This document shows, piece after piece, positions 25,499-37,003 of a stretch of 64,000 nt of DNA. The position numbers were made by a program, and so were the translations under genes. Each line of letters begins with the position of its first letter. Position 1 is the stretch's first letter. Source of the DNA: Mytilus edulis (taxonomy: Eukaryota); NCBI RefSeq assembly GCF_963676685.1, contig NC_092346.1:35712001-35776000 (forward strand), written 5' to 3'. A model generated the notes under the pieces. It was not told the origin of the DNA. It worked only from the letters and a program-made list of their open reading frames with translations, and ran no database searches.

Positions 25499-27589
25499 AT
25501 TCATTGATTATTTGAGGACCAATTAATGTTTTAACTGGGTGAATTTTCTGTATAAGGTCAATTATAAAGTACACCTATGATATCCACACTTTCTATAGAC
25601 TGAAATATGCAAAAGTGCGATCCGAAAACTTTACCAATAATATACAGAGAGACATTTTTTTTTTTAAATTACAGCAAAACTTTTGGTAAACAAATATTTA
25701 TTATCGTATTGGCAAAAATGATGAAAAAGGAATTTGAAATATCTGTCATTTTCCCTCCAATCTATTCCTATTACTTATTATGTCCATTGTTAATGAATAT
25801 TACGCAATTGGATTGAACTAATTTTTGCTTTTCAACCTTCAAACTGTGTTTTTTTTTACATCGACATTAAGAGTCAAGATTTGTGTTTGTTTATATTTGT
25901 TGTTTGTAAATACGCATTTACGGGACGAAGTATGGCATACCTTTGTCCGTCGGTCCTTCCGTATCTCCCTCATCAACATGTGGAATATTATCTCGAAAAC
26001 GCTTGCAACTAATAAACATGAAAATTTGATGAAATATATATCTATTGACGTGAGCGCCCTTTAGTTATTTTTTTTTTTTTTTTTTTATAAATTTGGGATC
26101 TAGAATTTTCGGCTTTTTTTCACTGTTTAAAAAAAGGGGTTGGATATTCCAGTTTTCGGACAATAACTCAAAAACGCTTTCAGCAGTTTTCATGACACTT
26201 TTGTGAAGTGCACATATCTGTTGACGCAAACTCTCTATCAATTTTGATATAAATTTAAGATTTCACGTTTCATAATTATGTTATTTCATTCATTAGAAAG
26301 TGGCGATTTTCAAGTATGTAGACACGACTTTGGACAGTTATCATGCAACTTCTGTGACCGACCTTACATGTTTAACCCCGTCACATTGTTTATGTATGTG
26401 CCTGTCTCAAGTCAGGAGCCTGTATATTCAGTGGTTGTCGTTTGTTTGTGTGTTACATAATTATATTTGTTTTTCGTTCATTTTTTTTACATAAACAAGG
26501 CCGTTAATTTTCTCGTTTGAATTGTTTTACATTGTCTTATCGGGGTCTTTTATAGGTGACTATGCGGTATGGGCTTTGCTCATTGTTGAATGCCGTACGG
26601 CGACCTATAGTTGTTAATGTGTCATTTTGGTCTTTTGTGGATAGTTGTCTAATTGGCAATCATTCCTCATCTTCTTTTTTATATTATACCTATTAATATG
26701 ATACCCCTTTAGTTTTTTCATAAATGTCAGATATATGATTGAGAAGTCATTCAATATAATTCTTTGAATAAGCGAAGGATGTGGCATACGCTCATGGTGC
26801 AGCTGTTCATTAAAATTTTACAAAAATCTCTGCTGGTGTGCACTTTGTTGTAGGTCTGGGGATGATATTAAATTATTGCAAAAATACATGCTGTATTCCT
26901 AAATAATTTAATATCGAGTCATTTTTTCGTGTATTGTTTTGTTAATTCAATACCGGAATACTTTAAAATCCTGATGTCCGACGAGAACAACCAACCTTCA
27001 AAAATGTAGCTGCAATCCTCGGCGACAAAATAAGGAATCAAACGCATTCTCAAAATATCCTAGATTAATCGGTCCTCTGACTGCTTTAAAGGACTTGTTG
27101 GAATCAGAAATCCTAATAAATTAAGGGGGCCGTCAAACAGAATAACCGCGGACTAGGATAGAACCACAGTATTAGTGATAATAGATAGAACAGTTTTCTC
27201 ATTGACAAAGTTTAACTACATTTCCCTTTTTATAGTTATATAATTACATTAGATGATGTATGTTTCATTATAATACTTTATTTTGATTGGCTGAATACAC
27301 ATCACGTGTTATTCCGTAGGCAATTGCATCACTCAATAAAACTTTTCGTTCATAACACGTGGTCCAACAAAAAAGTGCACTGGTGAATAAAATACAAAAA
27401 TTATAAAATTCTTATTTTCATGATCATAGACAAAAATTTAATTATAAGTATTGAATGCTTCTTTTTGTAACTTTATAGGGTTGTAAAAGCGTTGACTGTG
27501 CGCACATTTTAAGTATGAAGCGCTTCCGCGCTTCATACAAAATGTACTTCGGTCAACGCTTTTACACCCCAATTTATTTACAAAAAGAA

Positions 27590-27920
27590 ACAACAACAAC
27601 AAAAACAACAACATTTGTAAAACAAGACATCCCGGTGAACTAAAACAACAACAACATTTTCCAATCAAGATATCTTACTTAATGAACCATAACAACAACA
27701 AAATTTGTCAATCAATATATCATCATGAACAACAACAACATTTGTCAATCAAAATATCCTAATGAAGAACAACAACATCATTTGTAAATCAAGATATCCC
27801 CATGAACAACAACAACAACATTTGCCAGTCAAGATATCCCAATGGACAGCAGCAACAACATTTGTAAATCAAGATATCCACATAAACAACAACAACATTT
27901 GTTAATCAAGGTATCCCGAT
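27590..27920. repeat. Minisatellite, ~38-42 bp unit containing (AAC)n
   Basis: Repeated aacaacaacatttgt(c/a)aatcaagatatcc(c)atg. Confidence 0.85.
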
Positions 27921-28117
27921 GAGCTAATTAGATTGATTCTCCTCAAGTTTTTATTTCATGGTAATATTTACAGTCTAGGATATCTGTTATCCATGTTTAT
28001 CAGTACACTTAAGTTTCGACATCAAAAATCAGATTTATGTCTGCAAGTTTGAGCACATTAAAGTTACTTCATTATAGTTTTAATGTAATTGTTTTGAAGA
28101 GTTAACTTATTTACGTT

Positions 28118-28156
28118 CAAGGAGGTTATATGAGAAGGTCTCATATAACCTCCTTG
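28118..28156. repeat. 39-bp perfect hairpin
   Basis: CAAGGAGGTTATATGAGA-agg-TCTCATATAACCTCCTTG. Confidence 0.8.
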
Positions 28157-28823
28157 TTTGTATACAGTAAATATATTTCTGTTATTTAATACTTGTTGTT
28201 TGTTGTTGTCACGGTATCATATTTTTTTCTCGTTTACTCGATCTGAATATGAATCAGGCAGTTAGAGCTCTTGTTTACTCGTTTGAATTACTTTGCCGGA
28301 TGTTGAAAGCGGGAAGTTGGCCTTTTATTGCAACCTTATTAATCATTTGGTTTCTTGTGGGGTTTGCCATTATATCACATCTTCTTATTTTTATTAGTCC
28401 TTGTGTTTTTTTACTATATTTTGAATATCAATTTCTCTCAATACAGCAATTTAAGAACTAGTTGTCAAATAAACCAATGAAGTACTAAAGGTAGTTTCCA
28501 GGCCATTCTTCGTGATAATGATTCAATAAATTAATACACCGTCCATAAGTTAGACACTTAAACTTTAAGAGGACAATACAACAGAGAACAACAAAACAAC
28601 AACCGACTTTTGTGGTTTTTTTTTCTTTATTTATTGCCTGTTTTGTTTTGTTAGTATTTCATTGGGTTTTGCGCATTTGTTAGTTTTTTGTTCTGTTTAG
28701 CGCATGTGATAAAATTTTGATATGTAAACTAACATTTGCATATCATAGGTTTTTGAAAAAGTCGATTGGAACAATTACTAATGTAGAAATGACAAAAACA
28801 AAATAATTGTTATAAATGCATTA

Positions 28824-29134
28824 CAGCTTATTTCCTACAGCTTGTAGAGTACAACTTTAGCTGGCTTGCTTGCTTTGTTTGTATAAAGGTTAGCTTAAAC
28901 ATTGTAATTAAGATAAAATTGAGAATGGAAATGGGGAATGTGTCAAAGAGACAACAACCCGACCAAATAAAAAAACAACAGAACGACATCTGCAAACAAT
29001 ATAGACAGGCATTATTAAACAAGTATATATTATATTTGAATTGAATTTTAAGCGTTATCCCAATTACAATTGTCAATATACAAAACAAACAAGCTAACCA
29101 AAGTCTTACCCTGCATGCATTATGAAATTAGCTG
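28824..29134. mobile_element. Diverged inverted pair related to the host transposon TIR (MITE-like)
   Basis: ta|cagcttatttcc..actttagctggcttgcttgctttgtttgtat..aattaagat, with an inverted partner ending ..gaaattagctg; both resemble the TIR at 25112. Confidence 0.55.
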
Positions 29135-29448
29135 TTACCATGAACGAAGCTTCTCCACACTGCACAGTATGTCATGAAAAATTAAACGCGTAACTTTTCT
29201 TTTAAGTCTATCATTTGTAGAAAGAAAGTGGGTGCAGGTGAAATAAGATCTTCCACGTTACGTAAACGATAACCAAATTGAATGTTGTTATGCATTTATC
29301 TTATTCAACAAATAAGATCTCGGTTTTAAAGAAGCAATATCAAATTCTATAGAATTTAAATGGAAACTTTATTTATTAAAGGTGACAAAAAGTGTGATCA
29401 AAACTTTAATTAGCCCAAACTAAAAAAATCTGAGTATAAATATGTTTT

Positions 29449-30617
29449 TTAGTCACTTTCATCATCAGCATCACAATCAGTGTCGAAGCTCTCTATGCCG
29501 GTAGCACATTTCAAAGCTGCATCAGCAAGAAGATCCATAGACGACTTGGGATGTGTGTGGACTGGTGCTGAAGGTTCCCTTTTTACGGAAATATCGTTCC
29601 CAAAAACACTTGTAGGTGCCGGTGACGTCGGAGTACTAGTATGTGTGCTCATAGATTGAAATGGCGGTGGATATTGCCACGGATAACTTGGGAAATATGG
29701 CATCATTTGCGGATAAAATTGCTGAAATGGAAATCTCATCTGATGAATGACAGGAAACTTTTTGTCATCTTCATCTGCTTCATCTTCAACTTTTCTTTTA
29801 GTTGTAAAACAAGGGCGTACTTCCTTGGATCTATTTGCCATTTCGTCCAGTTTGTCTTTAAAATCTACATAATCGTTGCCGCGATCTTCAGGTACAACTC
29901 CATTATATCCTATCTTGAGACTGTGAAGGTCTTTCATTAGTTTTGCTCCGTCTTGATATTTTGTTGGGTTTGTCTGTCTCAGTCTGCTCCTCATTGAGGA
30001 CATAAAATCTGTTTTCTTTACACCCATGAAGGATTCAAGTTGGTTTTTTCTTCGTCAAGCTTTCGGATCTTTTGCTTTAGCTGCAAAATTTCTCTCTGTT
30101 TAGTTTTCTTTTCTTGCAGATACTCGGGATGCTTGTCTGCTTGGCCACATAGGTGAATGCTGGCACAGGGATAGTTGGTACAAGATTTGTTGTTCTTATT
30201 ATTGTCGGCTTTGTGCCCAGTTTTGTGGCAGTTGGTGCACCTCCTTCCATCCTTTTCCCTCTCAGAAAGAATAATTGTAGAGTATTCTGCCTCTGCCAAG
30301 GTTAACTTTCTCTGAATCTTTTTCACTGATTCTTTTGAGGACTCAACAATGTTGTTTAAACTTGGTTTCTGAAGCCCCATTTGAGAGTTATTCGGTGAAA
30401 TGTCCTTCAAATTTTTTAAGGCATTTTGCAGTTGCCTTCTTCTCCCAAGTAACAGTTGAATATTGGCTTGCTGGAACATTTGGTTTAGGTCTTCATCAAC
30501 ATCAATGCACCTCAAACTTCCAATTGTGTCAAAACCATTGCTTCGAAATACACTTGCAAACTCGGTAAATCCACTCCCTATTTGCATTAAAAATTCCTCG
30601 ACACTTAAATCATCCAT
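29449..30617 (-). CDS. Transposon passenger ORF2: SAM-like domain, coiled coil, CCHC-type zinc knuckle and Pro/acidic tail; one frameshift at ~30045
   Basis: ATG at 30617. SVEEFLMQIG..FTEFASVFRSNGFDTIGSLRCID..LGRRRQLQNALKNL resembles a SAM domain. CTNCHKTGH..C..YPCASIHLCGQADKH is the Cys/His region. Adding one A to the A6 run joins both ORFs (EEKNQLESFMGVKK). Confidence 0.7.
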
Positions 30618-31842
30618 TTTCAAGAAATTATTTGAAATCTAAAAACAATGTGCCTCAAAGCATGGGAAAATGTTATTTTACGTTTTAGCCAATGAAAACA
30701 CCTTTAAGAGTAAATATACTGAACAAAAGTAGAAACACAAGACTTTTTTCGTCATGATTGGTTTAGTATTAGTTGATTTAAGTCCAGTTGCAAATATTTC
30801 ATGCACGTGTCAGATGGTTACACCTTGTTATTTTATTGAAAGAACTTTCATACAACCGAAAATATTGTTTGCGTTAATTATCATCTTTCCCTCTAGTTTT
30901 GCTAAGACGACTGATGTAATGCCGAGCCCTGCAAGTTTAATACGCGAAATGAGAAATATCGATTGGAGATCCTGTCGGCGGTGTCGGCCACGGCGACAAC
31001 GGCCTTGGCGGCGCCGTCAACATTTAGAGGTTCAGTCTATGTCTAAAAGTTTTTTTTATATAAAAATGAAGATGTAGCATGATTGTCAATTAGACAACTC
31101 ACCACAAGTGACCAAAAATTGACACAGAAATTTACAACTACAGGTCACTGTACATTACTAACTTTGTCAAATCTTCATGGAATTTACATAATTAATGAAC
31201 AGAGGTTTGATTATGACAAAAGAATACAGCATCCAGAGCAAAATTAAAAAAATATGTTATTTTTTTGTATCCATTTTATATATATTGATAAATGGAGTAA
31301 GTGTTTTGGTAAAAAATATGCAGATTTGGTTTCGGGTTAAGGCTATTTTAGACACGAATAACTTGTGCCAGCCTTTGTGTACTATTATGAAATTTGAACA
31401 CAATAAAATTGAGAATTGAAATGAGGAATGTTCCAAAGAAAACATCAAACCCACCAAAGAGCAGACAACAGCGAAAGGCCACCATTTGGTCTTTAGCGCA
31501 GCTCAAGAAATTCATACACTCGGAGTTGGGCTTCGGCTGTCCCCTACAGACTTAGGACGGACACAAAAGTGCGACAGGGTTAAACATGTTTTTTTTTAAT
31601 TTATTTTTTTATTTTTTATCTCAACCCTCCCCGATGCCTTTAGCCAATATTGAAAATCAGTTCAAAGAGGTCCGAAGTTGATGTCAGAATAGGTAACAAA
31701 AGATACTAAATTAAATCAGGAACATATATATTGAAGTTAGATATACTGTTCTCAGATTAAATGACAATTGTACATAAATAAACAAAGGACTACTAGCAGT
31801 TACTGACATGCCAGCTCCAGATCCATGACTCTGAAGAAAAAA

Positions 31843-31980
31843 GAAAACGACTGCATTGTGTAATAAAAAAATGAAAATCAGGCGTCAATGTTTATTATAA
31901 TCTTATTTTACGTATCATAAGCTTATCATAAACATTGACGCCTGATTTTCATTTATTCAATATACACAATGCAGTCGTTG
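31843..31980. repeat. Long imperfect inverted repeat (hairpin) between the transposon ORFs
   Basis: aacgactgcattgtg..atgaaaatcaggcgtcaatgtttat / ataaacattgacgcctgattttcat..cacaatgcagtcgtt. Confidence 0.8.
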
Positions 31981-32671
31981 CTTTTTTTTCTTTTTTTTTT
32001 TAAATAAACTAAATTGACAAGCATCTCCATATTTGGTTTGAAAATGAACGTTATTAAATGTAATCTTTAATTAATCTGTACACATTCGGCAATGCATAAA
32101 CGATGCATGCCTAATGAAAAACAAAAACATAAAATGGCTGAAATATAATTGACAAGCACTAAAGAATGACGGTTTCAATCTTGACATTTTTAATATTAAA
32201 CTATCTGATTTCTTTCTACTATTCAGTATACTTTTGAAAAAAATACTTTTGTGTTGATAAATGTTTTAGCCAATCAAAAAAGGGCTATACCAAACAATAG
32301 AAGTTAGTTGTTTCATTTGCAGCATTAACTCATGCCATGGACTTGGCCAGTACCCAAGTTACATTTATCAACGGAGGGTAACAAAGGGGTGTATATCTAA
32401 ACCATATTATATAAGTATATATATATATATACAAGCTGTATAAGTGTATGTAATTTTAGAACTGTCTTCGGTGATGATGTATACTAATCCATACTATATA
32501 AGTTTTTCTTAAAATCAGTATTTCCATTATAAATTTGTCATGAAGATATGGAGAAATATACTAAATTGCACCTCTGAAGTTTTTAATACAGCAAGTTATA
32601 CCTGTATATCAATCAAGCAAAATCAAATTCAAAAAGTTTATTATTACATTAAAGTGAAATAAAAGTTAGAA

Positions 32672-33706
32672 ATGAAGAGGTCAAAGGCTGGACGTTTTTA
32701 CCAATCTGGAAAAAAACTACAAATTGAATTAAGACGTGCAATTGTAGATCAATATGGAGAAGGGAAAAATGTTTATACTATTGCTAATGAAACTAACTTA
32801 GATACAAGAACAGTTAAGAAAACGTTAGAAGAATACATGTCGACAGGTGACTTAGACTATTCAGGAAAAGCTCACGGTTCAAAAACGCGTATCGCAAATG
32901 AAACAGTAATACTTGCTATAGAATATTATTTACACCTAAAACCATCAATGTATCTACAGGAAATTCAAAAAAGGTTATTATCTGATGGGATCTGTCTCCA
33001 AAATAATGTTCCAAGTGTTTCGTACATTCACAAGATTATAAAAGATAGATTAGGATATACACGGAAAAAGCTTACTGTGAAAGCCAAAGAAGGATTGACA
33101 GACCAAGTTCAAGTAAAATTTGACCATTTTTTGGATAGTATTGAGGACATTAATCCATTAAAAATTCATTGCTTTGACGAATCGTCCGTCATTATGACAA
33201 CAGGTAACAGACATTACGGTTACTCGGAATTAGGCCAAAGAGCTTTCGAAATTCAAAAGTATGCTTCAAATGCAACCTTTACTGTAAATCTTCTCCAAAG
33301 TCCATTAGGTGTAGATTACTTTAATATTATAGATGGACCTTCAAATGGATTACAACTAGTTAACTTTTTTGTCGAAGCCTTAAATGAAACGGATATCTAT
33401 GGGAATAGTAAACTTAGTCCGGGAGATGTAATTGTACTGGACAATTGTGGTTTCCATCATGGTCAATTAGCAGAAACACATTTACGAAACTTGCTACAAC
33501 AATATGGAATAACACTGGCATTCCTCCCACCTTATCACCCTGAACTTAACACATGTGAACACAGTTTTTCAAAAATGAAATATTATCTCAGACGACATGA
33601 AACTTATACTACGATGTATCCTGAACTAGCAATTTGTGACGCTATAAATGAAATATCAAGAAACGAATGTTTTGGATTTGTCAAGCATTGTGGATATATA
33701 CTTTGA
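32672..33706 (+). CDS. IS630/Tc1/mariner-family transposase, paired-like HTH + DD38E, intact
   Basis: 344 aa. N-terminus GRFYQSGKKLQIELRRAIV is paired-like. Catalytic motifs CFDES, VLDNCGFH and FLPPYHPELNTCE, with 38 residues between the second D and E. Confidence 0.92.
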   Translation: MKRSKAGRFYQSGKKLQIELRRAIVDQYGEGKNVYTIANETNLDTRTVKKTLEEYMSTGDLDYSGKAHGSKTRIANETVILAIEYYLHLKPSMYLQEIQKRLLSDGICLQNNVPSVSYIHKIIKDRLGYTRKKLTVKAKEGLTDQVQVKFDHFLDSIEDINPLKIHCFDESSVIMTTGNRHYGYSELGQRAFEIQKYASNATFTVNLLQSPLGVDYFNIIDGPSNGLQLVNFFVEALNETDIYGNSKLSPGDVIVLDNCGFHHGQLAETHLRNLLQQYGITLAFLPPYHPELNTCEHSFSKMKYYLRRHETYTTMYPELAICDAINEISRNECFGFVKHCGYIL

Positions 33707-35654
33707 ACTGTACATTGACGAAACTTATTGAATTTAGGAAATTTCTTTTCACAGTAAAGAATTTTGATTATAACTTGTGTTTCATTTTAATAATTTCATG
33801 CACTTTAACTGTTGGAGATATGTCCAGTCCGGCGTTCTATAATCAATTCTTGCATCTATTAGTTGTACCATGAATTCACTTTAATTTCTTGTTAATTTTA
33901 TTTTCAAAAATATATTTAGTATTTTAGTGCTATCAAACATATGTATTCATTTATAATCAGACAACTATTATCCAAATAATTATTTTACCGAATTCGTTCT
34001 AATACGTTTAAGGTAAATATGTGAAGGGACTTTCCCTCCATTCATTTATAACTCCACAAAGATTACAAAGATTGTGTATTGTTCTAGTAGTATTTAACGA
34101 GGTCACTCAGTGTCCAATCACATCCTGTGTATACTATACACAAGCTGAAACTCCGCCCTTGTGTTGATTGCAAGGAAACTGTGAGAATAATATTAGTCAT
34201 GTGATGTTTTAAAATTGAGTGTCCTTAACGGCCAATAAGATTTAAGTATGATGTACACAAGCTGAAGCCCCGCCTATCTTAATTGTCATGCTTGAGCAAA
34301 CATTGATACAAGCAAAGCAAGCAAGCCAAACAAAGTTTTGTCTTGCTAGCATTAATGTAATAGCTATAATAGAAAAAACTCAAACAACTTAATGAAATTA
34401 CAGTAAGGCAGAAACCAAGACAATAGAAATGTCGGATATCGTGAGAAAGAGGCAAAGCAATGACAAACAAAGATAGAAGACCAATAGGAAAACATGATCA
34501 CAAAACACCACATAGAAAACTGAGTAACATGAACTCACGCAAAAAAAAAAACCAACAATATTCCCTAACATTTTGAAAAGAGAAAATAAAAACTTTCCAT
34601 ATAATATCTAACGCATATCTTATTATTATTTTTTTGCTTCCTCTATTGGTTATTTTGCCCACAATTTCTCCACAGAATACAGTGGGATAACTAATGAATC
34701 GCCTGTGATTTGATAGCGGATTTTATTCCGTGGACCTTATTCATTTAATTTGCATCTTCAAAATTAAAATAAATTAGATAAAATCACCTACCTAAATCAC
34801 TAGTTTGTGTGTGTCTATTTATCTTTAATTAAATAGATGTGTTCTACCCCTAAACTTAAACTATTTTTTTTAGAACTTTAAAAAAAATATAAAATACAAC
34901 ACATTTTTTATAGTAAAGCTGCATATTACAAGCAATTCGAAAATATCAACACAATTGTTTCAGTATCTCACATAATAAACATTTTCAATTATAGTCCTTT
35001 GTTTTCAGTTTGACTGGTAATCCATGTCAACTCTCGTTTTTAGTTAATGATAAACTCGTCATAAGCTATCTATTTTAATGGACTGGACCCACTGTTAGTA
35101 CTATCACTCTCCGAGGAGTACATTTTAAGTTATTATTTCATGATTGATGATAGGTTTAAACATCCGGTTATACTCTTGGGTATTGCGGACTGATGTACTT
35201 TAGTTACCAATTTGGAACTGTCTGTCATTTTACTTTCATTTCACTCCGACTGCGTTGTTGTGGATTATACGGAGTATTATGCCGTTTTGACATCTGGCTG
35301 CTTCTATTGTCTCTTTAGAATGAAGGTTCAAGGGCGACGTATGCGGCGGTGTTGTGAGTAGGTCAGGATCATCCATGTCAAACCATTCAACAGAGTCGAT
35401 CCTACTGTGCTTGGCTCTTTTTGTTGTTGTCGACCGTGCAAGCGCTGTATAGCCAGTCAATGTCGTTAAAAACTTCTATTTGTTGTCTTTCTGTTGTTGA
35501 CTCATAGTAAATGATGCGATGACATGCCTTATTTGGGCTGTACGCAGGCATAGATGACGTTAGTTGTATTTGGCAAAACTTTTAGGAATTTTGGTTCTAA
35601 ATGCTCTTCAACTTCGTACTTTATTTGGCCTTTTTAACTTTTTTTTGGATTCGA

Positions 35655-35698
35655 GCGTCACTGATGAGTCTTTTGTAGACGAAACGCGCGTCTGGCGT
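35655..35698 (+). ncRNA. Minimal type-I hammerhead ribozyme in a retrozyme-family fragment (~35560-35740)
   Basis: GCGTCA-CTGATGA-GTC(TTTTGTA)GAC-GAAA-CGCGCG-TC-TGGCGT. Confidence 0.85.
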
Positions 35699-36007
35699 AT
35701 ATACTAAATTTAGTTCTGGTATCTATGATGAGTTTATTTACTTTGGTTGCCTTATTGGGACAATACAAATGCCTGTGTAAAACTAGTTCTAATTTCCCGT
35801 TTTTATGAGACAAAAATAAATGATGAGAGTGTATATCATTTCATTATCAGTCTGACACTAGAATTTAGTTTCACCAAAAATTATTGATTTATTAGTTCAT
35901 TATCCAAATAAATTCAAAAGATTAATATCACCAAATATAATTAATAATTCCACGGAGATCCATTTGTAATTGTCACCACCTTGAATATGTAATTTAAATT
36001 TGTGTAT

Positions 36008-36288
36008 AAAAGAGGGACGAAAGATACCAGAGGGACAGTCAAACTCATAAATCGACAACAAACTGACAACGCCATGGTCAAAAATGAAAAAAGGACAAAC
36101 AGACAAACAATAGCACACATAACCCAACATAGAAAACTAAAGAATAAACAACACGAACCCTACCAAAAACTAGGGGTGATCTCAGGTGCTCCGGAAGGGT
36201 AAGCAGATCCTGCTTCACATGTGGCACTCGTCATGTTGCTTATGAGATAACAAATCCGGTAAATAGTCTTATTCGGTAGGTCACATTT
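36008..36288 (-). mobile_element. Second ~280-bp 3'-terminal fragment of the Penelope-like family
   Basis: Highly similar to 13256-13530 and to the reverse complement of 62910-63168. Confidence 0.8.
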
Positions 36289-37003
36289 ATAAACTCAACC
36301 TCCTGTCATACGATCAACCGATTTGAATAGACAGGCACATCTGGCATGGTGTCCCATAGCGGCCTGGCTAATTGCCAATCTGCAAATAACATTTTACCTA
36401 AATAAAGTTTTAATAGCCTTCCAGATAATAATACACACATCGTATAAACCTAGTCATAGCGTAGATAGGAAAAGGCCAATAAGCGTTCACCTATACATTG
36501 TCTTTAAAGTTCAAGTAATATACTTTAATTTGTTCACTTTATCAGTCTAAAAAAACCCAAATATTTAAAAAAAAATATAATTATAATTGTTTGTGCTGTC
36601 AACAATAATAAATTGAAATATATACGGTAACATTAAAATAATAGTAAAGACCAAGACTTCAAATGATTGTATTTCAAATCCCGGCATGCAATACAAGGAG
36701 AAAACTTCACGTACTACAAGAAGTAGTCAATAATTTGATTTATTTATAAAATTTCACATTAAACTATTACATGATTGATGTCAGTAGTCATTTCTGCACA
36801 TTAAGCGTTTTTGAATCAACCCAAATTTTTTTCAACCAAGTTCAACCCACCATTTTTTCTTGAAATGTCCTGTACCAAGTCAGAAATATGACAGTTGTTA
36901 TGTAATAGTTCGTTTCTATGTATGTTGCAGGGTTATTTGTTTTTATTGGTTTCCTCACACAGTTGACATGTTTCCCTCTGTTTTAGTTTGTAATCCAGAT
37001 TTG

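Larger units (their letters stand above)
25112..34366 (+). mobile_element. IS630/Tc1/mariner DNA transposon, 9.25 kb, ~200-bp TIRs, TA target duplication, two divergent ORFs
   Basis: 25112-~25319 (cagctattacattaatgctagcaagacaaaactttg...) is the near-perfect reverse complement of ~34172-34366. TA at 25110-25111 and 34367-34368. Encloses the transposase. Confidence 0.88.

Noticed and set aside
27590-27920. CRISPR-like periodicity
   Set aside because: Eukaryotic context, no unique spacers and no cas genes; it is a minisatellite.
35236-35460. 74-aa ORF in a locally GC-richer patch
   Set aside because: No ATG start, no recognisable motif and no convincing splice partners.
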